From assembly GCA_032718475.1 (NCBI GenBank), contig JAUCBJ010001284.1:1-39486 (forward strand): a stretch of DNA of 39,486 nucleotides, written 5' to 3'. This document shows positions 13,115-27,021 of this stretch, piece by piece (position 1 is the first letter of the stretch; every line of letters begins with the position of its first letter). Under the pieces are notes generated by a model. That model was given only the letters and a program-made list of their open reading frames with translations, was not told where the DNA came from and ran no database searches. Made by a program: the position numbers and the translations under genes. This stretch comes from Nemertoderma westbladi (Eukaryota; Animalia; Xenacoelomorpha).

Positions 13115-13726
13115 AAAGAACGTTAGGTAGAGCACAATAATAATAAAATAATGTTATTTGGGAAACAAGTGTGGCGCTGCAAATATTATTCTATAAATTA
13201 AATTGATAAGACGCAATGAAACCAAAAATTGTCTTCCTTTACAAAATTAAAGAAAAAATAACGATAGATGAGATACAGCCACAACTACCTTCTATCATAG
13301 CCTATCCTTTTTTTCAACATATAAAAATGTTTTTTTGTTTATTTAAACCGAAGCGACACGCCACCCAAGTAGCGACGGACGGACAGCGAGCGGACGGACA
13401 GCGAGCAATCTACGCGTCCAAATAACTTAGTTAGAACACATAATTTTTGCTAAACACAACACTAGTGTGAAATGTGAGATTGGTCTCAGCAAAAAGCCGT
13501 GCATAAAAAGAGAGGGATAGATTTTAGAATACAAAATTATTAATTAATATTTTACACAAAGTCCTCAGGAAAAGAACCGCCAAGAGACTAATAATCTAGG
13601 ATATTATCGCGGTAGCCAGTTGGTTCCAACGCGGGTTAATGATGAATGATCAAATGATAAATTAATCCTCAATCGTCTGTGATGCTCCCCCGTGGATATT
13701 AGTGAATGCTCCCTACTCCCTGCTCC

Positions 13727-13785
13727 CTACATGGCGTGCTTCTGAGTCCACTCCTTAGCAAGTTTGTTGTATTTCTGCCGGTCAG
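13727..13785 (-). CDS. UBE2D: Ubiquitin-conjugating enzyme E2 D, last coding exon: (T)DRQKYNKLAKEWTQKHAM*
   Basis: Acceptor TTTATTTTCTCCCAG ending at 13786; encodes the canonical UBE2D C-terminus. 385+59 nt = 147 aa plus stop. Confidence 0.95.
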
Positions 13786-14039
13786 CTGGGAGAAAATAAA
13801 ATAAAATATAATTCACATAACATACAAACAATGCCAATATTTAGGACAGGTGTGGTCTACTCGATATAAACGAGAAATTCATTCACTTTAAAAAATACAC
13901 ATAACATTTTTTATCTCTTAAAATAGTCTGTATAAATATCGAACTTGCTTCTGCGCCCTATGGAAAGCCAAATAAATGTAAACGGTTGTTTAAACTAAAA
14001 TATCAGGTGAGGCTGCCAGTACTCCTTTCAGATAACTTC

Positions 14040-14830
14040 GTGCGTGCGTGCTAACTAGTGCGTCCTTCTACTACTACCATCGGCATGCTGCATTGCAGCT
14101 GCATTATTTGCATTAAGAATGCTGTGCCGGCTTGACGAGAAGATTGGGCTCTCAGGAAAAGATGCCCCCGTTTCCGAAAAAGAACCGAAAAATAATTTTC
14201 AATTGCGCCGCCACAACTCCCTCTCACCCATGACATTTGCTAGATCATCCGCATCTTCAAAATCAGGGTCACTTTAAAGATGTGTGCATTGCACTTGACA
14301 CAATGAACCCGGCGTAGCATTCTTGTGAATGTGCCATCCAGAGATTTGGTGTCCTCAGCAGTTAGAGCCCAGCATGGACTCCCGTAGAGGAGTACTGGAA
14401 CTACTGCTGCTCTAAATAATCGGACCTAAGGTTCGTTTTATTCAATGGGACTCCCAAACCCTGGGTAAACTACCTATTTAACGACGCGCAATGCCTTCCC
14501 CTTACGTATCCAAGGTGATAGCGTGTTAGCCCCCGAGTATCAACCTGACCTCCGGATCCATGTAGCAGAAGTCATCGACGTGCTCAAGCAAGCCATCCTT
14601 AGAGCTTATGTCCTTACGATCAGATATTTATTGAGGGCTATCTAGGTTCGCCGCCATGATTTTGGTTTTCTTTGAATTTACAAAAAGACCAACACTAGAA
14701 GCAGCATGTTCTAATGAGCTGAGGAGCTGTTGGGCTCCCTCTAGTGATTCTGAGAGTACTCCTAAGTCATCAGCAAAGTCTAGATCAGGTAGGTACTTGG
14801 CTGGATTCCTCTACTTCTTGTGCCAGTAGG
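14040..14830 (-). mobile_element. Degenerate RTE-clade retrotransposon fragment in the UBE2D intron
   Basis: Minus-strand translation YLPDLDFADDLGVLS...VGLFVNSKKTKIM (RT catalytic FADD). 14283-14430 is a near-identical inverted copy of 12368-12515, and there is a short (GCAC)n tail near 14040. Confidence 0.85.
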
Positions 14831-14986
14831 GAGTGGTACCCTCGACCCATCATTATTAAGATGGTCTAAGGTCATGTGTAGACATAAACATGACTCTTAG
14901 GTGCGCCAATTTTTAATAATTATTGAAGCGCTTGTAGTTGTATATATGTAGCTGAAAATTGAAACCTGAAAAATAAAAATCACTTA

Positions 14987-15547
<561 letters not shown>

Positions 15548-15754
15548 TCAGAAATAAATAAATACACAAAACTAATCTATATAAATATCTATACCGGTAT
15601 AAAGAGGGTTAACAATAAAGCAGAAGCAGAGCAGACATAAAGTTATAATTACTTTGTAATTACCGGTAGGGTATGTAATAAAAAATTTATATTTTAGTAT
15701 TTCCAACAATACTTATATTATATATAATTATATAATATAATACTTTAATATAAT

Positions 15755-15815
15755 ATAGAGCGTCAGACTTCCAACCAGGATGCCACCAGTTCGATCCCAC
15801 CTGGATGTCATTGCC
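15755..15815 (+). mobile_element. Degenerate tRNA-derived (SINE-head-like) fragment
   Basis: TAGAGCG...CTTCCAA...GTTCGATCCC (partial A box and B box), but the stems do not pair. Confidence 0.35.
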
Positions 15816-18725
15816 GACTTTGCAAGAGCTGTGCCCAACAAAAAGTTCTATAGGCCTATATAATTATAATTTTTGTTGAGCAGTTGGGCATGGGCATATT
15901 GTAATAAAGTCGTCATTGGCGCATTGAGGTGGTATCAAATGATGCAACCAAGCCTACCCATTACGATAGCAGATCCCAAAAAGGTACAGGTAGACCTGCA
16001 AATATCACCCGGTGCTGGTACCCTTAGTTGTAGTATCTGTGTTATTATTTTTAGTTTATTCAATAATAAATAGTAATAGGCAAACAAATTAATATGCAAA
16101 GTGATTTATACCGCATAATTTATTTTTATTTTATAATATACTCTTTGGTGATATCAGCACGATAATGTAGAATCAACAAATTTGGTTCGGATGATTCGCA
16201 AATTCGTTTTGGGTTACCTCGGCTCTTTTTCGCTAGATTGACAGAACTGGAATCACTGGACTATAACAGTCAGACAGTCATTCGTGCCAATCCCCAATGG
16301 CAAGAAATTCCGCTGAATTTCTGATATTTTGACTAACAGTAGGTAAGGTTTTAGAATTTCAGTGCTACCGAAAAAAAACAGAAAAAGTCCCTGTTTAAAA
16401 AAAAGAGCCTGTTTAGAAAATATTTCCTAATACATTTCCGAATATCATTAGATTAACCCACGGATTACTTACTGTTACTGGGGAGGGGGGGGGGGGGTTA
16501 TGGTGACCCCCCCCCCTAGAGGTTTTTGTAAATAACTTTTGTTCAAAACAACTTTTGGACCTGTGAGTCATAATACAGTACATAGTAGCTGTTTATATAC
16601 ATCTTAGGAGTTAGGAATACAATAGAACGTTTTTACCATTTTAATTTTTTAGTTTGCAATATTTTTACTTAATTCCAATAGAGATACGCTCGTAAGTGCA
16701 ACATTGCCTGGGTTATCTTCTCCCTCCATACATATAATTGTTTAATTAAAGGTCTGATTTAATATCATTTTGTGAATATGTATGCAGTAAGATTAATTTT
16801 GAATAATTAATTATTTCATTTGTCGGTGCAATTATTTCGAGTGCAATTACATTACACATTACATTATTTATTTGGATAGGGCCTAGGCCTATTGCAGTAT
16901 TGGAAAAAATATGCATTCCACTCCACATTCCATATTCGGTGTATTGGATTTGGTCTGTTGGATAGTTGTTGAAGTTTTTAAAGTTGGCCAGTCTTCCTTC
17001 ATATGAACAGATGAATATGTAGCCGTAGCTATGTTATTCTGTTATCAACAGTAACCACAAACCACGTTCAGTTCAGACGTTGGTAATGTATTACATTTAC
17101 AATTTAGGATTAGGACCCCTACGCTACAGCCCTATGGAAATGAGGCTCTTCCTCATAAGGGTTAGCCTTTTCATCTAGACAGCTAAATAGGGATACAGCA
17201 CAGGCACCAGGCAAATATAAGGAATATTGGACAATAGGCCCTATACTGATATACCGCGCATGCACCGAAAAAAAACGCGCACACCTCATTCTGTCTGTCA
17301 TTGCAACAAAAAAAACGAAAAAGATGTACGCGAGCGAAGCGAGCAAAATTTTTTCATTAACAATGCAAAATGACAAAGAAACGCGAGCAAAACCCAAAGT
17401 GAGCGAAAATTAGACATTTGAACAATCTGACAATGCAAAATGAATACCGGTACGGTAGTAATAGAAATGCGACCGAAATTTTTTGTGGCAAATTATTTTT
17501 CTCACTTTGCATGAATGTAAACTTTTTTACACCTCATCCGCGGTTTGACTGTCTGACGACAGGCTGGACTGGACAGTGCAGCGGTCCGACGAATCTGTAC
17601 AAAAAAGTACAAAAAAATACAAAATAGTACAATATAGTACAAAAGAGTACAATAAAGTGCAAAAATAGTACAAAAGAGTGCAAAAATAGTACGAAACGAG
17701 TACGAAACGAGTGAGAAACGCATACAAAACGTGTATACCAGCAGACCAGTGTAGTATACACTACACTACAGTTGTATAGGGCCTACAAATATAATTAATT
17801 GTAAGCAAATGCAATGGCACCGAAATATGCGCCGCTACAGGTTCAATCACTAGCGGCCTTGGTTCTGTGGTCAGAACTTTCTTCTTTACAAGGTTAAGTG
17901 GTTCTATAACTGAGATTCAAAATTTAGGTCATTCTTAAAGTAGCCCATATACCTGATATACTGAAGGATAGACTGTATGCTACATTATGTGTAGGCTATG
18001 TGTGTACGCCTCTATCTGCAACTTTATTTCTCCCTCTGCAATTTTGCTGGCTTGGGACCGTTTTTTGTGTTTTTTTTAACACAAAAAGCTGCATTAAAAC
18101 ACACCTAGATCAGCCCCTGCTCAATGCATGGCTCGCCCCACAATCAGACAATGCTTTGTTTTATTTTGCACATCATGAGCGCCCCCCTAAACGATTTGAA
18201 CAACACTTGGATACACGTTTTGCAAGCGTTTGTACTCTTTTGTACTATTTTTGCACTCTTTTGTACTATTTTTGCACTTTATTGTACTCTTTTGTACTAC
18301 TACCGTCAGTGCGGAGGTAGAATAAAACGTCTGTCCTTATCTGATCTGATCTGACAGCATCTGATCCTATAACCAATCAGGAGAAAGAAATATAATATTT
18401 ACCTAACTGTCTGTTAGGTAAATAGCCAGTAGCTGAATAGGGGATCACGTTTCACGTTGCCCTGTTAAGTATCAGTATCATCATATGAAGTACAGGCATA
18501 CCGGTATGCATCTAAATGCACAAAGGCATGTTATTATATTTATATATTAAAAATGCGATATAGGATGAAGGTTTGTTACGCTAAAGGCAGAAAGGGAAGA
18601 CAGGAAGGGGTATCTCTCTCTGGGCCTACTGTGTAGGCCTAGTGTGTATATGAAGAAACACTTAACATGCCCCATATTCGATATTGCCAGCTGATACAGT
18701 GGTGTTTACAGTATACCCAGGAATT

Positions 18726-18948
18726 AATAAACGCTGTTGTTACCTTCCAATTGGAGGAAAAGAGCAGGTTACAGCGGCTGTAATTTCTAACCAAAACAAT
18801 AAACGACGTTGTTACCTACCAATTGAAGGAAAGAAGCAGGTTACAGAGACAGGGTTTTTTAACCAAAACAATAAACGATTTTGTTACGGTCCAATTGAGG
18901 GAAAGGAGAATGTTACCGCGGCTGACTTTTCTAACCAAAACAATAAAC
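18726..18948. repeat. 72-bp tandem repeat x3 with an AACCAAAACAATAAAC core
   Basis: Three diverged units; the same core occurs at about 1832, 23434, 24473 and 28206. Confidence 0.8.
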
Positions 18949-19160
18949 AACCAGTGGGCACCTTCCCACATTCCCATCCACCCACCCACCCATGTCAGCA
19001 TGTGGCAATAATACGCTGATAAATAATTAGCATAAACATAATTAGTTAAGTACTATTATGTAGTAGTAAGGCAGTAGGGAACATACCCTTAAATAAGCTC
19101 CAAAAGTGGGTTCTTATTTAAGGAAAATGGCTCTTATTTAGGGGTTTTTGGGCCTTTTTT

Positions 19161-20106
19161 GGGCTCGACTGAACGAGCAACAATGAGCAAAAACGAGTAA
19201 CAATGAGCAACTACAGAACTACAACTACTACGAGTAACATTGAGCAACAATGAGAAACAATGAGCAACAACGAGCAAAAATGAGCAATAATAAAGTACAA
19301 CAATGAGCAACAGCGAGAAACAACGAACAACAATGAGCAATAATGAGGAACAACGACTGAATGAGCAACAACAAGCAACAATGAGCAACACCGAGTAACA
19401 TTGAGAAACAGCGAGCAACAATGAGCAATAATAAAGTACAACAACGAGCAACAATGAGCAACAACGAGTAACAATGAGTAGAGTAATAATGAGCAACAAC
19501 GAGCAATAATAAAGTACAACAACGAGAAACAACGACCAATAATTAGGACATGAGGAACAACGAGTAACAAATGAGCAACAATGACAATGAGTAACAACGA
19601 GTAACATTGAGCAATAATAAAGTATAACAACGAGTAACATTGAGCAACAATGAGAAACACTGAGCAATAATAAAGAACAACAACGAGCATCAATGAGCAA
19701 CAACGAGCAATAATGAGCAACAACGACTGAACGAGCAACAACGAGTTATATTGAGCAACAATGAGCAATAATAAAGTACAACAACGAGCAACAACGTGTA
19801 ATATTGAGTAACAACGAGCAACAATGAGCAATAATAAAGTACAACAACGAGAAACAACGAGCAATAATGAGGAACAACGATTGAACGAGCAATAATAAAG
19901 TACAGCAACGAGCAACAACGAGCAATAATAGAGTACAACGAGCAATAATAAAGTACAACTAACGAGCAACAATGAGCACCAAAAAGCAACAATGACCAAC
20001 AACGAGCAACAATGACCAACAATGAGCAACAATGACCAACAATGAGAAATAATAAAGCACAACGAGCAGCAATGAGCAACAACGAGCAACAAACTGCGTC
20101 GAACCG
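19161..20106. mobile_element. Satellite-filled element (AACGAGCAAC/AATGAGCAAC-type 9-13 bp units) with termini GGGCTCGAC...GTCGAACCG
   Basis: The array is bounded by short imperfect TIRs of the same G/C-asymmetric type as 17582 and 21843. No TSD recoverable. Confidence 0.6.
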
Positions 20107-20411
20107 GATTGAATGTGGGGGAGAGCCACATTCAAGTGAGCGAAACCTTAGCATATGGGTGCTATTAACGAGTTGTCTGTCGTCGTTGTAAATTTTTTAT
20201 CGCTAATAACTCGGTCATTCCTTGATGAAATTAAACGAAACTTGGTATGTACTGATGTATGTAGTCTGTCAAAAGATTAGAAATAATCTGAAGTTTGGTA
20301 AAAAACAAACGAACGCAATGAGGCAAATTAAGGAGACGAGTATTGTGTTGAACGACCTCTGACTAACGAAAGACAACATGTTAATGGGGTGGGGCCCCTA
20401 TCAGCTACAGC

Positions 20412-21278
20412 CCAGGTTGGAATTCATGCATGAGCGCGCAGGTACGCTTTGTTGTTTTGAAATCACCGCGCACCTGAAATTGGCTCGTCGCGCACCTCAT
20501 CATATGTCATAATCCAAACAAAATCGCGCAGCTCATGTCATCAATATCTCAAAAAATCGCACAGTTCATAAGAACAATTTTACATTCCTATTTTACAAGT
20601 TTGAGCGTTTTAAGCTTATCTTTACGTCTGTCTGTCTGTACGTTGAATCTAGGCTTACATAATAAATGTAATTTTTGCAACATCAAAATTGTTAATATTA
20701 AAAAATATTTTTTTAATCCACTACTATGGCAGTATGGTGGCCCATCGGGCTCACTGCTTTTATAACAGAAAATATTATTTTAGATTACAAACAAAACATG
20801 TACCGGTAATTTCAAAAAAACGAATATTGAAATAGGTACCAGTCTGCCAATAATACTTTGTATAGGCCTACCTAACAATTAGGCTTAAACATACAGTTGG
20901 CTTATAATTAAGTCATACTTATAATACATTGTTACTTTCTGACTTTACCTGTTTACTAACGTAACATCAGCATACTGGCATAGCATAGACCTAATAACAA
21001 TACAACAATAGAGTACTGTAGTTAAAATAAATAGACAAATTCAGCTCCGGTTGCCGGTATTACAGTATTTATGGTGAAGTGATGGTTTTTTTGTGTATTT
21101 TCGTGATTTCAATTAATTTGTGGTGCGCATCAGAGGCAGAGCTGCGCGCTGAGGCGCAACGCGCACCTGTCTCACACCCGAACGCGCACCTGTCTCACCC
21201 AAACGCGCAACGCGCATCTGGTTTGCGGTCATTCGCGCAGGTACGCGTCCGAGTTTTGCAGCATGAATTCCAACCTGG
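20412..21278. mobile_element. MITE with TIR CCAGGTTGGAATTCATGC and 8-bp TSD GCTACAGC
   Basis: Perfect 18-bp TIRs; TSD at 20404-20411 and 21279-21286; subterminal CGCGCA motifs. Confidence 0.9.
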
Positions 21279-24200
21279 GCTACAGCTAGGGCTAGCTAAG
21301 GCTTTGCTCACTTCATGCTGTGTAAAGGTCCCACGAACGTGTCCCACTGCTGCCTGAGCCAGTTGAGCCAAAAACGTCATGCAGCCATCATCTTTAACCT
21401 TCATAACGTCTACGGTATCAACTGCCCGACCGAACCATCTTTGTGCCTATTGACATGACATTGACATTGGTTTTTTTTTCACACCTTTCAAGTACAACAT
21501 TGTGGACAATCCATCTAAGTGGGGCGTAACGCGGAGTAGAAGAGGAAATGCAGGACACAAGTTAGTTTTTCGAAACGGTGCGGCGATGTCCAGTTACTTG
21601 AGTCATGTCTCATCGAAATACGTGACAATGTATGTGCGCTCAGATGGGCGATGGGCTATTCTTTTGAATATCAATGGGCTATTCTATGCTACCGTGTGAG
21701 GTAAGAATGCCAGTGCTAGCAACTTCATTATGATACGATATTCTATAGAGGATTTATAGAGTGCCTCCGAGTACTTAGAGTATTCCTAAATAAGAAACCC
21801 AGGTCAAAAAGTTCTTATTTAGGGACTTTTGGTATTTATTTTGGGTCCTACTAATTACCCCAACCTACCACAAACTACCACAATCTACCCCAATAATTCG
21901 ATACCGGTACAGGCATCTAATTACCACAATATTATTTTACAATGGCATCTAATTACCACAATATACAGAACTCAAGTGTCTATTTACCACAAGACTAACT
22001 GCGCATCTAATTACCACAATATACAGAACGCAAGTGTCTAATTACCACAATCCTATACAGCGTCTAATTACCACAACACTATACTGCGTCTAATTACCAC
22101 AAGACTATACTGCGTCTAATTACCACAATCTATTTACGAACAAGACTACATTGCACACTGCATCTAATTACCACAATATTCTGATATTATTTTACAATGG
22201 CATCTAATTACCACAATATACAGAACGCAAGTGTCTAATTACCACAAGACTATACTGCATCTAATTACCACAACACTATACTGCGTCTAATTACCACAAC
22301 ACAATACTGCGTCTAATTACCACAATCTATTTACCACAAGACTACACTGCATCTAATAACCACAATATTATTTTACAATGGCATCTAATTACCACAATAT
22401 ACAGAACGCAAGTGTCTAAATACCACAAGACTATACTGCGTCTAATTACCACAACACTATACTGCGTCTAATTACCACAACACAATACTGCGTCTAATTA
22501 CCACAATCTATTTACCACAAGACTACACTGCATCTAATTACCACAATATTATTTTACAATGGCATCTAATTACCACAATATACAGAACGCAAGTGTCTAT
22601 TTACCACAAGACTATACTGCGTCTAATTACCACAACACTATACTGCATCTAATTACCACAACACTATACTGCGTCTAATTACCACAATCTATTTACGAAC
22701 AAGACTACACTGCATCTAATTACCACAATATTATTTTACAATGGCATCGAATTACCACAATATACAGAACGCAAGTCTCTAATTACAACAACACTATACT
22801 GCGTCTAAATACCACAATATACAAAACGCAAGTGTCTATTTACCACAAGACCACACTGCATCTAATTACCACAATATACAGAATGCAAGAGTGTCTAATT
22901 ACCACAATATACAGTACGGTAGTTATTAATATTCAGTGTCTAATTACCGCAAGACTTCACTAACGTCTAATTACCACAATATACAGAACTCAAGTGTCTA
23001 ATCACGGGTAGGACTAAAAACCCAAACGGACATGTACGGTACCCAAACGAACCCAAACGGTACCCAAACGAACCCAAACGGTGGAATACGGAGTTATATC
23101 AACAGATGTTATATTTGCCACAACGGGGAAACAATTATACGATTATACGAAAAATAATTACAGTAATGCAGCTTTTTGTGTTTTACATTCATGAAGAATA
23201 CAAAAAACGGTGCCAAGCCCGTATAAATGCAGAGGCTCATCTATCAACCACGCTACTTTACACGTATATGATATACAATGGACATCATTATGTATAAAGT
23301 AGCGCTTTATTTATACGGCGGGGGGGGGGGGGGGGGGGGGGGGGGGCTGAAAGCAATTGGAGAATTTATATCTCGTTTCAATGGTAAAGCATCCAATTAA
23401 GGGAGAGGAGCTAGTTAAACTGCTACGTTATTCTAACCAAAACAATAAACTAATGTCAATCGAACATGGTTAAGGTATTAGTTTTGGAAGTAATCAGTTG
23501 TTATTTCTGTAAATATCGTTTGTATCGAAAGACCCCCCTATTTAAAGTACTGTATACTTAGTTATTGAAATAAAAAGTATTTATTGTTGGGTGTTGTAGT
23601 TAAAGTTGCCGCCCTCTGGAAACAATCGCCACAACAGATGTTATAGTTGCCCCAACGGAAGAAACAATCGCCACTACGGAGGATATAGTTGCCACAACGG
23701 AGGAAACAATCGCCATAACGGGGGACACAATCGCCACAACAGATGTTATACTGTATTTGCTACAACGGGGAAACAATTATACGATTATATGAAATAATAA
23801 TTACAGTAATGCAGCTTTTTGTGTTTTACATTCATGAAGAACACAAAAAACGGTGCCAAGCCCGTATAAATGCAGAGGCTCATCTATCAACCACGCTATT
23901 TTACACGTATATGATATACAAATGGACATCATTATGTCCATTTGTGGTACATTGTTAAGGTATTAGTTTTTTGAAGTAATCAGTTGTTATTTCTGTGAAT
24001 ATCGTTTGTATCGAAAGACCCCCCTATTTAAAGTACTGTATACTTAGTTATTGAAATAAAAAGTATTTATTGTTGGGTGTTGTAGTTAATGTTGCCGCCC
24101 TCTGGAAACAATCGCCACAACAGATGTTATAGTTGCCCCAACGGAAGAAAAAATTGCCACTACGGAGGTTATAGTTGCCACAACGGAGGAAACAATCGCC

Positions 24201-25376
24201 ACAACGGGGGACACAATCGCCACAACAGATGTTATACTGTATTTGCTACAACGGGGAAACAATTATACGATTAAATGAAATAATAATTACAGTAATGCAG
24301 CTTTTTGTGTTTTACATTCATGAAGAACACAAAAAACGGTGCCAAGCCCGTATAAATGCAGAGGCTCATCTATCAACCACGCTACTTTACACGTATATGA
24401 TATACAATGGACATCATTATGTATAAAGTAGCGCTTAAGGGAGAGGAGCTAGTTAAACTGCTACGTTATTCTAACCAAAACAATAAACTAATGTCAATCG
24501 AACATGGTTAAGGTATTAGTTTTGGAAGTAATCAGTTGTTATTTCTGTAAATATCGTTTGTATCGAAAGACCCCCCTATTTAAAGTACTGTATACTTAGT
24601 TATTGAAATAAAAAGTATTTATTGTTGGGTGTTGTAGTTAAAGTTGCCGCCCTCTGGAAACAATCGCCACAACAGATGTTATAGTTGCCCCAACGGAAGA
24701 AACAATCGCCACTACGGAGGATATAGTTGCCACAACGGAGGAAACAATCGCCATAACGGGGGACACAATCGCCACAACAGATGTTATACTGTATTTGCTA
24801 CAACGGGGAAACAATTATACGATTATATGAAATAATAATTACAGTAATGCAGCTTTTTGTGTTTTACATTCATGAAGAACACAAAAAACGGTGCCAAGCC
24901 CATATAAATGCAGAGGCTCATCTATCAACCACGCTATTTTACACGTATATGATATACAAATGGACATCATTATGTCCATTTGTGGTACATTGTTAAGGTA
25001 TTAGTTTTTGAAGTAATCAGTTGTTATTTCTGTAAATATCGTTTGTATCGAAAGACCCCCCTATTTAAAGTACTGTATACTTAGTTATTGAAATAAAAAG
25101 TATTTATTGTTGGGTGTTGTAGTTAATGTTGCCGCCCTCTGGAAACAATCGCCACAACAGATGTTATAGTTACCCCAACGGAAGAAAAAATTGCCACTAC
25201 GGAGGTTATAGTTGCCACAATGGAGGAAACAATTACCACAACGGGGGACACAATCGCCACAACAGATGTTATACTGTATTTGCTACAACGGGGAAACAAG
25301 TATACGATTATATGAAATAATAATTACAGTAATGCAGCTTTTTGTGTTTTACATTCATGAAGAACACAAAAAACGG

Positions 25377-27021
25377 CAGTTAGGTACAATGGCCAAATCT
25401 GGCAATGATTGTGATTGCCATATTTGGCAACCAAGCAAAATCTGGCAACATTTCTGATTGCCTGATTTGGCAACTATATAAAGCCGTTGTTGCCATATTT
25501 GGCAACTTAACTAACTCATTGAATATGGATTATATGGTTCTGCGTCATTAAGTCCTTCTATGGCATATGGCAGTATGGTCATTCCTTAGATCCTGAAATG
25601 TTAATGTTAGGCCTAGAAAAAAGACAAAGGAGTAGGGCCAGGTTACCCGGTCCTACTAATTACCCCAACCTACCCCAACCTACTGACCTACCACAAACTA
25701 CCACAATCTACCCCAACAATTCGATACAGGCATCTAATTACCACAATCTTATTTTACAATGGCATCTAATTACCACAATATACAGAACTCAAGTGTCTAT
25801 TTACCACAAGACTACACTGCATCTAATTACCACAATATTATTTTACAATAGCATCTAATTACCACAATATACAGAACGCAAGTGTCTAATTACCACAAGA
25901 CTATACTGCGTCTAATTACTTAAGTTCTAACCAATACAGCAATATATCCTAATAAATGAGATGAGAATGAGAGTCAATAACACAAACACTTGAAACACTT
26001 TGCTTTTTTGACATTTTTGCTAGTAATCTCTGGCGCTGCTTGGGGAGGTGGTTGATTGTTGTTTGTACCAATAATAGTTTAGTAGTTAAAAATTGTAACT
26101 GTCAGACTGTGTAATGCTGATACAATTGCCCAGCAATCTAAATCATCCTTCACTCTATATCAGTTCAGTATATCTATCTTTCCATTCCTACATCAGTACA
26201 TACAGACATATAATGAAAATAATTTCATCCCGTTTTTCATTAGCAGATGAAACAATTTGTTGAATCCGTTAACCTGTCAGCCTGTTAACACGCGTTTTGG
26301 TTTTCTCAGTCTTTCTAAATGTTGACACTATTTTTCTTTCGTCACGCCGTTTCTCAAACTTTAATGCCCCCTTGCTGCCTTTTGGCAGTTTGGTGATGTT
26401 AACGTTCCGACGTTGTCAAATATTATTACGTATATACGTTATATACAAACGTTTATTTCCATTTCAGCCTTTGAAGCATGTGATTCTTTAGATTTGTTTA
26501 TGCCTATACCATAGGGCCTATACCAGTCTACCAGTACGGTATCTGAGACTCATCCATGTGTCCATTAACATATTAACAACATATCTAATAGGCCTACATT
26601 CTGACATTTCATCAGCTAATAATGTTTATAAATCATCACAACTCGACAAGGGTAAGCATGCAGTAAGCAATTTTGAAGTAATTTACAATGACAGGGTTAC
26701 TGACAGGGCTGCACAATAATAATTGTTGCCAAAAATGGCAACCATTATTTTTCTTTAATTCTAATGGTTGCCAAAAATGGCAATAATTATTTTAGGCACA
26801 TTTCGGCCTATTGCTAAGAGAAATTCAGACGATGATTTTTTTTCTTATACGGTCAATTATATTTAAATTTCGCGCTCTTTCCACTTAACTATTTACCAAA
26901 ATGCGATTTTGCTTCTGGGCGTGCGAAAATTAGAAAAACCAAAAGTTGCCAGATTTGGCAATAAACATTGCCATATGTGGCAACTTTTGAGGTTGCCAGA
27001 TTTGGCCATTGTACCTAACTG
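25377..27021. mobile_element. DNA transposon with 29-bp TIR CAGTTAGGTACAATGGCCAAATCTGGCAA, 5-bp TSD AACGG
   Basis: AACGG at 25372-25376 and 27022-27026. The empty site AAAAAACGGTGCCAAG is visible in sister tandem units. Internal TTGCCA..TGGCAA palindromes. Confidence 0.92.
25648..25919. mobile_element. Solo terminal fragment of the 21843-27719 foldback family (C-type end)
   Basis: CGGTCCTACTAATTACCCCAACCTACCCCAACC...CAACAATTCGATACAGG matches the reverse complement of the 27719 end. Confidence 0.85.

Noticed and set aside
15755-15815. Functional tRNA-Gly gene
   Set aside because: The acceptor and anticodon stems do not pair; at best a SINE remnant.
17582-18306. A smaller element ending near 18305 (inverted GTACAAAA repeats followed by CAGTGCGG)
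   Set aside because: The end lacks the GTCGGACC terminus and the TSD is imperfect, whereas 33407 gives a matching terminus and a perfect TSD.
19134-20154. Cys/Leu-rich minus-strand ORFs
   Set aside because: Overlapping open frames produced by the AACGAGCAAC satellite.
23106-25457. Repeated short ORFs (NNRHNGG..., ITVMQLFVFY...)
   Set aside because: Products of the tandem unit, with inconsistent frames and stops between copies.
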